A stretch of 55,239 nucleotides of DNA. Origin: Syntrophales bacterium (lineage in GTDB: Bacteria; Desulfobacterota; Syntrophia; Syntrophales; JACQWR01). The position numbers and the translations under genes are program-made. Location: positions 1 through 55,239 of the forward strand of contig DATESZ010000155.1 of the NCBI GenBank assembly GCA_035283845.1, given 5' to 3'. This document shows positions 44,020-53,843 of the stretch, one piece after another; the first letter of the stretch is position 1; each line of letters opens with the position of its first letter. Under the pieces are notes generated by a model, which did no database searches, was not told the DNA's origin, and saw only the letters and a list, made by a program, of their open reading frames with translations.

Positions 44020-45348
44020 TTACATAGCAGTTAAGCTTTTTTTAATACGCGCGGCCAGTTCCTTGACCTTTGTTATAATCTCCCTTTCGTCTAAGGTGAT
44101 GAGCCGACGATTTTTCATAACCAGTTGACCGTTGATTATCACCGTATCAACGTCGGCGCCGCCTGCGGCATAAACAAGGTGTGAATATTCGTTGTACATG
44201 GGGGTAAGATGGGGTTTGAATAAATCTATAGTGATGATGTCAGCTTTCTTTCCCCTAGCGAGGGAACCGATAATATGTCCCAGGCGCAGAGACTTTGCTC
44301 CTTCAGTGGTTGCCATATGAATTACCGTTCGGGCGTCCATAACCGTAGGGTCGAGGCCGGCAACTTTATGGAGCTTTGCCGCTGTGTCCATTTCCTGAAA
44401 CATATCGAGGTTGTTGTTGCTGGCACAGCCGTCAGTGCCGAGCCCAACGGTAATTCCGGAAAGCAGCATGGAAGGGACGGGGGCAACGCCGGAGGATAGT
44501 TTCATATTGCTCTCCGGATTATGCACCACCTTGCAGCCATGTTCGGCAAAAAGGCGCATATCCTCATCATCCATGTAAACGCAATGGTAGGCGAGAAATC
44601 GATCCGTCAGATAGCCTATGTCGCGCAAATATTCCGTCGGCCTTTTAGCGAACCCTTGTTGCAACTGCGATAGTTCTGCCTGTGTTTCCAGGAAATGAAC
44701 TGCATAAGTAAGGTTGTATTCATCGGCTATTTTTTTCGCTTCAGCAAGCAGGGGAGGTGAGCAGGTGTAAAGCGAGTGGGGTTCCACAATGATATTTATC
44801 AGGGGATCGCCTTGCCATTTCTCAATCAGTTCTCGCGCGTAGGCAAATCCTTCTGCCGGTGTTTTTGCATTGGGCGAGGGGAAATCAAACAATCCCTCGC
44901 CGAGAAGACAGCGCAATCCCGCCTGTTTTGCCGCCCTGGCCGTTTCGTCCTCAAAGATATACATGTCGCAGAAGGTCGTAGTGCCTGATTTAATCATTTC
45001 CGCACAGGCAAGCAGACTCCCCCAGTAGGCGAGCTCGGGATTGAAGTTTTTTACTTCTGCCGGCAATATATATTTATTGAGCCAGGTCATCAGTTCCAGA
45101 TCATCGGCTATCCCCCTGAAACATGTCATCGCGGCGTGGGTATGGCAGTTTATCAGACCAGGCATGATGAGAGAATTCTCCGCTTCTATGAGCGTTTTAC
45201 CCACAAACTGATTCAGGATTTCTTCAGATTTGCCGACCCCAACTATGGTATCGCCGGCTATTGCCACTGCTCCATCATCAATCTTTCTATCATTGTCATC
45301 GAGGGTAAGTACCGTTCCGCCAGTGATTATGCTGTCCACTTCCCTCAC
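44020..45348 (-). CDS. Amidohydrolase, MTA/SAH deaminase-like (MtaD family)
   Basis: MPGLINCHTHAAMT metal-binding HxH, VHFLET, GTDGCASNN. 442 aa. Confidence 0.75.
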   Translation of the reverse strand: MREVDSIITGGTVLTLDDNDRKIDDGAVAIAGDTIVGVGKSEEILNQFVGKTLIEAENSLIMPGLINCHTHAAMTCFRGIADDLELMTWLNKYILPAEVKNFNPELAYWGSLLACAEMIKSGTTTFCDMYIFEDETARAAKQAGLRCLLGEGLFDFPSPNAKTPAEGFAYARELIEKWQGDPLINIIVEPHSLYTCSPPLLAEAKKIADEYNLTYAVHFLETQAELSQLQQGFAKRPTEYLRDIGYLTDRFLAYHCVYMDDEDMRLFAEHGCKVVHNPESNMKLSSGVAPVPSMLLSGITVGLGTDGCASNNNLDMFQEMDTAAKLHKVAGLDPTVMDARTVIHMATTEGAKSLRLGHIIGSLARGKKADIITIDLFKPHLTPMYNEYSHLVYAAGGADVDTVIINGQLVMKNRRLITLDEREIITKVKELAARIKKSLTAM

Positions 45349-46325
45349 TTTTGACCCTCTGTTTTTTTTATCGTCTCCGGCTCTGTCCTATCTTTGTTTG
45401 CTTCCAAGATAGATTTCAGGGCTTTAATTATGCCAGGTCCTCCTACTAAATGCTCCTTGCCTTTTATACTGGATATTATACAGCTTGGCGTAGCATTTAT
45501 GCCGTCTTCCTTAATAAAGCTCTCCAGAGCCTTAAAGATAGGCGTAACGTCGTCAATTGGTTTGAATTTAATACCTTTTTTTGTAAGAAAAGACTCCATC
45601 GCCGGAGGCGCGACGATTTTTTGTTCTGCCGCTTCAAAGAGCGCGGATCTGATGGCAAGGGCGCGCAAGAAGCTGCGATCGCTCTGAAGGGCATAGAGAA
45701 AATATTTTGCGTAGAAGATGGTTTCTTTATGTACGGGGGTGTCGATAAAGGTAAGACAGATGGCATTTTTATTGACAAGCGCCGCCAGAAGAGCTTCAAC
45801 TTCCGGCTCTGCGGCTTTGCACGGTCTACAGAGATAGTCCGTATAAAGACGGACATTTGTGGGTCCGGAACCGAAAGAAGTAACAAGGTTTTCCTCGCCA
45901 TATGCAGGGGTTAGGGAGCCCGTAAAGGAAAAGAAAAAAAAGAAAAATCCCGCCACAATGCCGATGGCAGAGGGTGCAATTTTGGTCCTGTCAAAGTTTA
46001 CAAAACACATGATAATCAAGACGGCGCCGAAGGCTAAGCAAAATGGACAATAGGTGGCATTTATCGCCTGATATCCTACAAGGAAAATCTCACCGCCAAG
46101 ACCAAAAGACAGGAGAATCAGGCATAGGGTGTCTTTCTTGAGAAAACTCAGAAGCAGCACAACGGCAAGGAAAAAAAGGCCCAGATACTTGAGATCGATG
46201 CCCCAAAGCGAGCCCTTCAGGTAGCGGCAGGAATCTTCGCATGAGATATAAAACAGGATTATGCCTGCTCCCAGCAGGGCAAGAATTCCTGTTAACAAAC
46301 CTTTTCTTTCAAACACGTATTCCAC
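45345..46325 (-). CDS. Membrane thiol-disulfide oxidoreductase (VKOR-like TM domain + DsbA/thioredoxin-like domain), tentative
   Basis: TM region with YCPFC, and a soluble C-terminal region with LCRPC (CxxC). ATGA overlap with the downstream gene. Confidence 0.5.
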   Translation of the reverse strand: MEYVFERKGLLTGILALLGAGIILFYISCEDSCRYLKGSLWGIDLKYLGLFFLAVVLLLSFLKKDTLCLILLSFGLGGEIFLVGYQAINATYCPFCLAFGAVLIIMCFVNFDRTKIAPSAIGIVAGFFFFFFSFTGSLTPAYGEENLVTSFGSGPTNVRLYTDYLCRPCKAAEPEVEALLAALVNKNAICLTFIDTPVHKETIFYAKYFLYALQSDRSFLRALAIRSALFEAAEQKIVAPPAMESFLTKKGIKFKPIDDVTPIFKALESFIKEDGINATPSCIISSIKGKEHLVGGPGIIKALKSILEANKDRTEPETIKKTEGQK

Positions 46326-46356
46326 TTGACTATCTTTCCCCTTTACAATCTCCCTG

Positions 46357-47889
46357 TTATCTTATCCCGCTGTTCAGCAGGTCCCCAATAAGCTCTTTCC
46401 TGAATTCAGTGACGCGACCATCCCTAATGGTTAAAATACCCTCCTTGCCCAGCCACTCAAATATCTCGTTTATTTCTGCCGTTGTCTTTCCTGTAATGCC
46501 TGCCAGTTCCGTTAAGGGGTCTTTATTCTCAGGGACCGGCCATTCTTTCAGAAAATATAGACCAACAAGAAGTTTCATCCATGCCTGAGCCAACTCATCA
46601 AGTTTTTCATTTGTATGCTTGATCCTGTGAGAGAATTCCTGAAGCATGAAAAGGGACACGCCGTCGCTATCCCTGAGGACATCCTGGAAGATACCGCTGC
46701 CGATGACTGCCACATAACTGTCTTCCATCGCGTAGGCGGAAGCTGTCCTTGGGGCATTTATCAAGGCCGCCATTTCACCGATGTATGATCCGGAGCCGAT
46801 TTCCGCAAGCACTTTGCTTACCTGGCCCGCATTCTTTTCGATGCAAACCCTGCCGTTAAGTATTAAAAACATATCATTCCCCGAATCATCTTCCCGGAAG
46901 AGATAACTGCCGGCAGGATAAAAATGACCGAATTTGCGGAACAGGCGTTCATTTGTTTTTAGCACCTTGCTTTTTGGCAGCAGAAATGCGTCTTCCAGAA
47001 GAATCAGGTCTCTTCTTTCGTAGGAAGAAATAATTTCGGCGCAAAACAAAAAAATGATGGAGACATAGAATACCCAGATAACAAGAAGCACCACTGTTTC
47101 CATAGAGCCGAAGATTAGATTGTAACTTGCAGAGCCGCCTATGTACCAGGTAAAGAAGTATTTGGCTGCCTCCAGCAGGGTCGTGAAGACAAAGGCGCCT
47201 CCCAGGGCGCCCCATAGGGTTACCTTGCCTTTAGGGATAATCATATAAATAAGGGCTATGAAGGCTACGGTAAGAAGATATGGCAGAAGATTGCGGGAGA
47301 TAAAAGCGTAACCATAGTATAAACCGCTGCTCCCTGTCTGCAGGGTTTGTTTTTCCGCAGCTGTTGCCGCATAGGTGATCCCCATGCCTGTTACACCGAC
47401 AATCCATCCGAAGGGGATCATCGCAAAGGCCAGTAGCTTTGATTCGATAATGTTTCTTAGAGTTTTTGCCCTGAAGATTATGTTCAAAGCATTTTCCAGC
47501 GCTCCGAAAATAATAGTGGAAGACCAGATCAAAGTGATAATGCCTATCACCCCGAGGAGATGCCTCTTTTTTTCTATTTGAACTATCTGAATTAATTGGG
47601 CAAAAATATCTTCTGAAAAGAAAGGGTGGATCCTTTTTATGTTTTCTGAAATATCTTTCTGCACATCCGTATAGGCGCCAAAAAAATAACTTGCGGCCAA
47701 AACCGTGAGGAGAAAAAAAGGGATGAGATACAGAATGGCATAGAAGGAGATTGCCGCGGCCTGATTAACGTCACTGTTGCGGCTGTAATTTTTAAAGGCG
47801 TCGCGCAGGATATCCCATGCACTTCTAACGCCAAGTTCGAAGTCTTTTTTGATCTCTGCTGGAAAGTTACGGTGATTTTTATTAGTCAT
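46357..47889 (-). CDS. YihY/BrkB-family membrane protein fused to a cNMP-binding domain
   Basis: QAAAISFYAILYLIPFFLL (YihY pattern), six TM helices, and C-terminal GSYIGEMALINAPRTASAYA (cNMP signature). Confidence 0.7.
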   Translation of the reverse strand: MTNKNHRNFPAEIKKDFELGVRSAWDILRDAFKNYSRNSDVNQAAAISFYAILYLIPFFLLTVLAASYFFGAYTDVQKDISENIKRIHPFFSEDIFAQLIQIVQIEKKRHLLGVIGIITLIWSSTIIFGALENALNIIFRAKTLRNIIESKLLAFAMIPFGWIVGVTGMGITYAATAAEKQTLQTGSSGLYYGYAFISRNLLPYLLTVAFIALIYMIIPKGKVTLWGALGGAFVFTTLLEAAKYFFTWYIGGSASYNLIFGSMETVVLLVIWVFYVSIIFLFCAEIISSYERRDLILLEDAFLLPKSKVLKTNERLFRKFGHFYPAGSYLFREDDSGNDMFLILNGRVCIEKNAGQVSKVLAEIGSGSYIGEMAALINAPRTASAYAMEDSYVAVIGSGIFQDVLRDSDGVSLFMLQEFSHRIKHTNEKLDELAQAWMKLLVGLYFLKEWPVPENKDPLTELAGITGKTTAEINEIFEWLGKEGILTIRDGRVTEFRKELIGDLLNSGIR

Positions 47890-47918
47890 GCATTAAAATA
47901 CCACAAATAATTATCTTA

Positions 47919-49607
47919 TTGCAAAAAAAAGCGCTGTTGTCTAAAATGAACCGCGTCATGTTAATAAAATCCCGATCCTCAGCTAATTTAATTTTATTTC
48001 CGCTTATTATTGCCCTCGGCTTTTATATTTATGGTTGTGGGAAAAAGGAAGAAGAGGCGAGGATAAAATCTGATACAGGCCCCGCTTACGGAGACATCAT
48101 TGTTGAGGGCTCGATTGGAGACGCCAGTAATCTCATACCCCTCCTCTCATCGGACAGCGCTTCCCATGGGATAGCATCCCTGATCTATAATGGACTGGTA
48201 AAATATGATAAAAATCTTAATATTACTGGAGATTTGGCTGAGTCATGGGACATTTCCCCTGACGGGCTGGTCATCACCTTCCATCTGAGAAAAAATGTGA
48301 AGTGGCACGATGGCTCGCCCTTTACGGCCGATGATGTGCTATATACCTATCAGGTTACCATTGATCCCAAAACGCCTACGGCCTACGCGGGTGATTTTCT
48401 CAAGGTCAAAAAGGCAGAAGTGATTGACCCTTATACTTTCCGGGTAACCTACGGCAAACCTTTTGCGCCTTCTCTGATGAGTTGGAGCAATGCTATTCTT
48501 CCCCGTCATCTTCTCATCGGCAAAGACATTTCCGCAAGCCCGCTGGCAAGACGGCCGGTAGGAACCGGACCATACATGCTTAAGGAATGGGCGGGCGGCC
48601 AGAAAATATTGCTTCTATCCAATCCCGGCTACTTTGAGGGACGTCCTTACATTGATGGGTATATCATGCGGATCATTCCGGATATGGCGACCATGTTTCT
48701 CGAATTGCGCGCCGGCGGCATAGACAGGATGGGATTGACCCCCCTCCAGTTCACAAGGCAGACGGAAAATAATCTGTTGAGGAAAAATTTTAATAAGTAC
48801 CGGTACCTTTCTTTTTCCTATACCTACCTGGGATATAATCTGAAAAATCCCATGTTCGCAGACAAAAGAGTGCGCCAGGCGATAAGTTACATGATTAACA
48901 GGAATGAGATAATTGAAGGGGTGTTGTTAGGTTTAGGTCAGAAGGCAACGGGTCCTTACAAGCCCGGCGCCTGGGCCTATAATTCAAAGGTAAAAAGCTA
49001 TCCCTATAGCCCCCAAAAGGCCCGCGAACTTCTGGCGGAAGCGGGCTGGCGGGACACCGACGGTGACGGCACTCTTGACAACCATGGACAGCCTTTTGCC
49101 TTTGAAATTATTACCAACCAGGGGAATGAGATGCGCAGCAAGTGCGCCGAGATTATCCAGCGACGACTTGCTGAAGTAGGGATAAAGGTGAAGATAAGGA
49201 TCATCGAATGGGCTGCGTTTGTGAATGATTTTATCAACAAACGAAAATTTGACGCTACAATCTTGGGTTGGACAATACCCTTAGATCCCGATATTTATGA
49301 CGTCTGGCATTCCAGTAAAACTGCTCCTCAAGAACTTAATTTTATCTCTTACAAAAACAGTGAAGTGGATGAGCTGCTGGAAAAAGGGCGCAGCACCTTC
49401 GACCAGAAGGAAAGAAAAGGGTGTTATGACAGGATCCAGGAGATTTTGGCCGAAGAACAGCCTTACGCCTTTCTTTATGTACCCGATGCCCTGCCCATAA
49501 TCAATTCCCGATTTCGTGGCGTAGAACCTGCGCCGCTGGGAATCGGCCATAATTTCATAAAATGGTATGTTCCCAGGGAGGAGCAAAAACTGGTTATGAC
49601 GAGGTAG
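47919..49607 (+). CDS. ABC transporter substrate-binding protein, family 5 (peptide/nickel type), probable lipoprotein
   Basis: Signal sequence plus FYIYGCG lipobox-like site. Family-5 patterns: LVKYDKNLNITGDLAESW, VKWHDGSPFTADDV, GTGPYMLKEW. Confidence 0.85.
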   Translation: MQKKALLSKMNRVMLIKSRSSANLILFPLIIALGFYIYGCGKKEEEARIKSDTGPAYGDIIVEGSIGDASNLIPLLSSDSASHGIASLIYNGLVKYDKNLNITGDLAESWDISPDGLVITFHLRKNVKWHDGSPFTADDVLYTYQVTIDPKTPTAYAGDFLKVKKAEVIDPYTFRVTYGKPFAPSLMSWSNAILPRHLLIGKDISASPLARRPVGTGPYMLKEWAGGQKILLLSNPGYFEGRPYIDGYIMRIIPDMATMFLELRAGGIDRMGLTPLQFTRQTENNLLRKNFNKYRYLSFSYTYLGYNLKNPMFADKRVRQAISYMINRNEIIEGVLLGLGQKATGPYKPGAWAYNSKVKSYPYSPQKARELLAEAGWRDTDGDGTLDNHGQPFAFEIITNQGNEMRSKCAEIIQRRLAEVGIKVKIRIIEWAAFVNDFINKRKFDATILGWTIPLDPDIYDVWHSSKTAPQELNFISYKNSEVDELLEKGRSTFDQKERKGCYDRIQEILAEEQPYAFLYVPDALPIINSRFRGVEPAPLGIGHNFIKWYVPREEQKLVMTR

Positions 49608-49658
49608 CATGCCTTGTCTTGGCAGGAAACTATTAACTATACTTCATAGGGGAGAGAT

Positions 49659-50072
49659 ATGAACAAGAGCAGTTTATTAAAAATCCATGATGTTGTAAAA
49701 TTTGTCGAGGATGTGTTCGGGAAAAGGCAATCTCTCGAAATAGAGGGATGGGATGCGATTATACGAAATGAGGGGCGCCGGGCGGAAGACGTCGTTTCCG
49801 TACGCACCTTTTTGGAGCCAAGTTCTTCCGATATTGTCTTTGCCGTCACCATTTTTGACGACGTCTCCGATTCCTTTAAGAAGCTGCCCGAAGTATTCAG
49901 CAACCCTGACTATCTCAAGGTTTTACGTAACAGGTACCGGGAACTTAACCGCACGGAAATTTCCTACTGGAAGATAGATTATTTTTTTTCGCGCCTTATG
50001 GAGGGCTCTGAAAAGGGGAGGCATAAGATCACCTTCCGTTTTACTGTCCGCTACGGGAACGAACATGACTGA
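49659..50072 (+). CDS. Hypothetical protein
   Basis: 137-aa ORF preceded by GGGGAGAG. No motif recognised. Confidence 0.35.
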   Translation: MNKSSLLKIHDVVKFVEDVFGKRQSLEIEGWDAIIRNEGRRAEDVVSVRTFLEPSSSDIVFAVTIFDDVSDSFKKLPEVFSNPDYLKVLRNRYRELNRTEISYWKIDYFFSRLMEGSEKGRHKITFRFTVRYGNEHD

Positions 50073-50102
50073 CGAATATTTACAGCCCGTAAGAATGACG
50101 AC

Positions 50103-50243
50103 CTCGTAAAAAGTCCGAAATCCCCTCCCCATTGACGGGGGAGGGTTAGGGTTGGGGTGATAAGTGGCCGTATTCTTGAATGTTATTTTCCCCCTCCATT
50201 TTATTCCCTCCCGCCAGGGGAGGGAAAAGCGACTTTTTACGAG
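50103..50243. repeat. MITE-like composite element with 13-bp perfect terminal inverted repeats
   Basis: ctcgtaaaaagtc (50103..50115) is the exact reverse complement of gactttttacgag (50231..50243). The interior holds two C-tract/G-tract hairpins (cccctcccc attgac gggggaggg; ttccctccc gccag gggagggaa). Confidence 0.75.
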
Positions 50244-50369
50244 TTCGTCAAGAATGGCGCCTTGAATTTATTGACAGGGGTAGAAAAAATATATAAAACA
50301 GGCGCACCCAGAAGTGGCTGCCTGCAGGTTGCGGCGGCTCGTCGCGGATCATAAAAAATTTGCTGTGGG

Positions 50370-50446
50370 GGCGATTAGCTCAGTTGGATAGAGCGCTGGT
50401 CTCCGGAACCAGAGGCCGTGGGTTCAAATCCCACATCGCCTACCAA
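50370..50446 (+). tRNA. tRNA-Arg (anticodon CCG), CCA encoded
   Basis: Hand-folded cloverleaf. Acceptor GGGCGAT/ATCGCCT (one G-U pair); D arm GCTC-AGTTGGATA-GAGC; anticodon arm CTGGT-CTCCGGA-ACCAG; variable loop AGGCC; T arm GTGGG-TTCAAAT-CCCAC; discriminator A; CCA. Confidence 0.9.
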
Positions 50447-50517
50447 TAAAATCAGATGGTTAAGACGTGGGAACGGGAATGCCGCCATGTTGAGAGCAGG
50501 GCGATCAACAATGCCGT

Positions 50518-51114
50518 TTGTTATTGCACAGTAATTTGAAGAGTGAAACCACATCACCTTCTCCTCTGGCAAAGGAAAAACAGCCGGTCCCTGCCGTTCA
50601 CTCGTCTGCCGTCCAATCCGCACCGAGTGCCTTTCCCGCTCCAGGCACTGCGCCGCCTCCTCATACTGCAAGTCCTGTTGAAGCGACGCATGACGTCGTC
50701 TTGCTCATAGACAGCTCCGGAAGAATGAAGCGAGCTGATCCAGGAAATTACCGGACTGAGGCAGCAAAGCTTTTCACATCATTGCTGGACAAGGATGACC
50801 GCGTCGGGATCATCGGCTTTGGCGATTCAGCGACCGTATTGATGCCGCTTACTCAGAATAGGCGGCAAAACCGAACGGAACTCATACATGCGGTCAACCG
50901 GATCACTTCCCGGGAATTGACCACGGACATCACGGAGGCCGCGCGTAAAGCGTTCAACGCCCTGAAGACCGACCAGTCCAGGCAGGGAATCATCATCATG
51001 CTTTCCGACGGCAAGATCGATCCCGGATCAAAGGAAAAGGATGATGCGTCCTTAGCAGATCTCAATCTGCTCATATCGGAACTGGCGCGATCTACAGACG
51101 GGAAAAGATCATGA
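50518..51114 (+). CDS. vWA-domain protein, apparently C-terminally truncated
   Basis: DVVLLIDSSGRM (MIDAS with the last Ser replaced), RVGIIGFGDSATVL, IIIMLSDGK. The ORF ends before the final beta strands expected in a vWA fold. Confidence 0.5.
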   Translation: MLLHSNLKSETTSPSPLAKEKQPVPAVHSSAVQSAPSAFPAPGTAPPPHTASPVEATHDVVLLIDSSGRMKRADPGNYRTEAAKLFTSLLDKDDRVGIIGFGDSATVLMPLTQNRRQNRTELIHAVNRITSRELTTDITEAARKAFNALKTDQSRQGIIIMLSDGKIDPGSKEKDDASLADLNLLISELARSTDGKRS

Positions 51115-51290
51115 CGTTCAGGGCCGTGGAGACTTCAGCAACCGTACGGACTACGGAAAAGAAAGAGCAGTTGCCTGCCAAGCCGAGTCTTCGCGAGAAC
51201 AAAGATGTCTCCTGGATCGTGATCCTGATGCAGTTCTTTGCCGTGAACGCGCTGATCATAGCCCACGTTGTGCTTGGGCTGTTCATCTGA
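51111..51290 (+). CDS. 59-aa ORF with a C-terminal TM helix, ATGA-coupled to the vWA ORF (not in the track)
   Basis: Own translation: MTFRAVETSATVRTTEKKEQLPAKPSLRENKDVSWIVILMQFFAVNALIIAHVVLGLFI. It could instead be the displaced C-terminal anchor of a once longer vWA gene. Confidence 0.3.
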   Translation: MTFRAVETSATVRTTEKKEQLPAKPSLRENKDVSWIVILMQFFAVNALIIAHVVLGLFI

Positions 51291-51485
51291 AAAAAGGTTG
51301 GTACGATGAGGAAAACGAAATGATAAAGATCTACGGCCTCTATTTCTTGCTGCTCACTGAGCTGCTTGCGGTCCTCGCGGCAGCAGCGCTTCTTTTCGTA
51401 CGAATGCGGAAATACCGCTCAATCAATATAATTTAATCGCATCGCCAACCCCTGATTTTCGATGCAACACGATGCAAAATATCCC

Positions 51486-51514
51486 TTGACAGCCAAAAAC
51501 AGCCCCCCTATACT
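51486..51514 (+). promoter_or_regulatory. Near-consensus sigma70-type promoter upstream of the Kelch gene
   Basis: TTGACA (51486..51491), a 17-nt spacer, then TATACT (51509..51514), 49 nt upstream of the ATG at 51563. Confidence 0.45.
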
Positions 51515-51562
51515 TCCGCCACGAAAAAGGAAGTTCTTATCAATCAATCAATTACTTCCACT

Positions 51563-53791
51563 ATGAAAAAACGATGCGTTATCAATCGTCTGCTTGCTTT
51601 GCGCATGGGGAGCCTCTGCTGGCTCCTGATCCTCCTCATCGCGTGCAGCGGCGACACCCAACCTCCCGGCACGGTCACCGAGGGGACCTGGGCTCCCACC
51701 GGGAGCATGACGGCAGCCCGAGACCACTTCACCGCGACCCTCCTTCCGAGCGGGAAGGTCCTCATAGTAGGCGGCAACGGAGCGGGCGGAGCCATTCTCC
51801 CCTGGTCCGAGCTCTTTAATCCTTCCTCAGCAACCTGGACCCCCACCGGCTCCCTGACCAATGCACGGAGCAGTCACACCGCAACGCTGCTCCCGAACGG
51901 CAAGGTGCTGGTAGCCGGCGGCTCCGGGACTGGCGGCCGGCTGGCCACCGCGGAATTGTACGATCCCGCCAACGGCGCCTGGGCCCCGACCGGCAGTATG
52001 GCGACTGCCAGGATCGGACATACGGCGACGCTGCTGCCCAACGGCAAGGTGCTGGTAGCCGGTGGCTCCGGCGGCCTGCTGACGTTGTCATCCGCAGAGT
52101 TGTATGACCCCGCCACCGGCGCCTGGTCGCCGACGAGCACCTTGCTGTCCGGCCGCACCAATCACAGCGCCACCCTTCTGCCAACCGGACTCGTGCTGGT
52201 TACCGGCGGAGTGAAGGCGGGAGCCTTTGAACCGTTATCCTCATCGGAGACGTACGACCCCTCTACCGGAGCCTGGACGACGACCGGGGACTTGCACGAC
52301 GCCCGGCAGATGCACACGGCCACGCTCCTGGCCACCGGTACGGTGCTGGTCGTCGGGGGCTTCGGCGGCCCGGCCGGCACCCTTGCATCGGCAGAGCTCT
52401 ACGATCCGACGTCCGGCATCTGGACCGCCACCGGCTCGTTGTACGCTGCCCGCAACAGCCACACTGCCACTCTCCTGCCGAACGGCAAGGCCCTGATCGC
52501 GGGCGGCCTGAGCGGAGAGACCATCCTGGCCTCAGCAGAACTTTTCGATCCAGCTTCAGGCCTGTGGATCAGCGCCGGGTCGCTGGCAGCCGCGCGAGCT
52601 GGTCACACCGCCGTCCTCCTTCCGACGGGAAAGACCTTGGTGTCTGGAGGCTTCGACGCCGGCGGTGTCTTGGCCTCGGCCGAGCTGTACCGGACGGTGT
52701 TGCCCGGCACGGAGGGCCTGTGGACGGCAACCGGGAGCCTTAGCAAGGCGCGGCGGTTTCCTCGCACCCTTCTGCTCACCTTTGGTCCCCATGCCGGGAA
52801 ACTACTCGTCGAGGGAGGCTTGGACCAGACGGGCGCCCCCCTCGCGTCGGCGGAACTGTATGCCTCAACCACAGGGGCCTGGAGCGGGACAGGCTCCTTG
52901 AACATTGCGCGGGGGAACCACACGGCAACATTGCTGCCGGACGGCAAGACAGTAGTGGCGGGAGGCATTGACGGCAACGCGGTTTCCCTTACCTCGTCCG
53001 AACGCTATGATCCGCTAACAGGCCAGTGGACGACAACAGGCAGTCTCAAGACCGGCAGGGCCAATCACACGGCCACCCTGTTGACCTCCGGCCCCCACGC
53101 CGGCAAGGTACTGGTCGCCGGCGGCTTTGGCGACGCAGGTCCCCTGAATTCCGCGGAACTGTACGATCCGGCTATCGGGCTGTGGTCGCCCACCGGTAAC
53201 ATGAGCGCTCCCAGGACCGGACATCAGGCCGTCATGCTGACGGCCGGCCCGAAGGCCGGTCAAGTGCTCGTAATGGGAGGCTCTGACGACCAGGGCATTC
53301 TCGCCTCCGCCGAGCTCTACGACCCGGCGACCGGGCTGTGGACGCAGACGGGCAGCCTGGAGACGGCGCGCGTCAACTTCACCGCGACCGTGCTGACGGT
53401 CGGAAAGAGTGCGAGCCAGGTACTGGCCGTCGGCGGCGCCGCAGGGTTCCAAACCTTCGCGTCGGCGGAGTTATATGACCCAGTCGCCGGGACGTGGGCG
53501 CCGACGGGCAGTTCAATCGACGGTCGTCAGCTCCATACCGCCACGCTGCTACCCAACGGCAGCGTCATGATCGCCGGCGGCATCAGATCCGGCGCCTTCC
53601 TCCCGCTCCCCTCTGCCGAGATTTATGATCCGGTTGCGGGCACCTGGGCTGCCACCGGGAACCTGATCGCCGGGCGGAGCAGCCAGACGGCTGTTCTGCT
53701 GCCCATTGGCCAGGCGCTGATCTCGGGCGGATTCGGCGGACCGGCCGGAACACTGGAATCATCCGAACTCTATTCCACCTCCATTCCCTAA
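51563..53791 (+). CDS. Kelch-repeat lipoprotein (about 14 repeats)
   Basis: Lipobox LLIACSG. There are 14 recurrences of the HTATLLPxGKVLVxGG...SAELYDPxxGxW motif. G+C is very high relative to the rest of the window (40 of 60 in the line 52081..52140). Confidence 0.85.
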   Translation: MKKRCVINRLLALRMGSLCWLLILLIACSGDTQPPGTVTEGTWAPTGSMTAARDHFTATLLPSGKVLIVGGNGAGGAILPWSELFNPSSATWTPTGSLTNARSSHTATLLPNGKVLVAGGSGTGGRLATAELYDPANGAWAPTGSMATARIGHTATLLPNGKVLVAGGSGGLLTLSSAELYDPATGAWSPTSTLLSGRTNHSATLLPTGLVLVTGGVKAGAFEPLSSSETYDPSTGAWTTTGDLHDARQMHTATLLATGTVLVVGGFGGPAGTLASAELYDPTSGIWTATGSLYAARNSHTATLLPNGKALIAGGLSGETILASAELFDPASGLWISAGSLAAARAGHTAVLLPTGKTLVSGGFDAGGVLASAELYRTVLPGTEGLWTATGSLSKARRFPRTLLLTFGPHAGKLLVEGGLDQTGAPLASAELYASTTGAWSGTGSLNIARGNHTATLLPDGKTVVAGGIDGNAVSLTSSERYDPLTGQWTTTGSLKTGRANHTATLLTSGPHAGKVLVAGGFGDAGPLNSAELYDPAIGLWSPTGNMSAPRTGHQAVMLTAGPKAGQVLVMGGSDDQGILASAELYDPATGLWTQTGSLETARVNFTATVLTVGKSASQVLAVGGAAGFQTFASAELYDPVAGTWAPTGSSIDGRQLHTATLLPNGSVMIAGGIRSGAFLPLPSAEIYDPVAGTWAATGNLIAGRSSQTAVLLPIGQALISGGFGGPAGTLESSELYSTSIP

Positions 53792-53843
53792 GGAACCTTC
53801 CCGCCAGCTCTATTCCTCTGCCAGCAGTCTATAAAAAAAAGGG

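Noticed and set aside
51816-53452. Multiple minus-strand ORFs (95-145 aa) inside the Kelch gene
   Set aside because: This is a high-GC artefact. They are Arg/Pro/Gly-rich shadows with no start context, and the plus-strand repeat protein explains the region.
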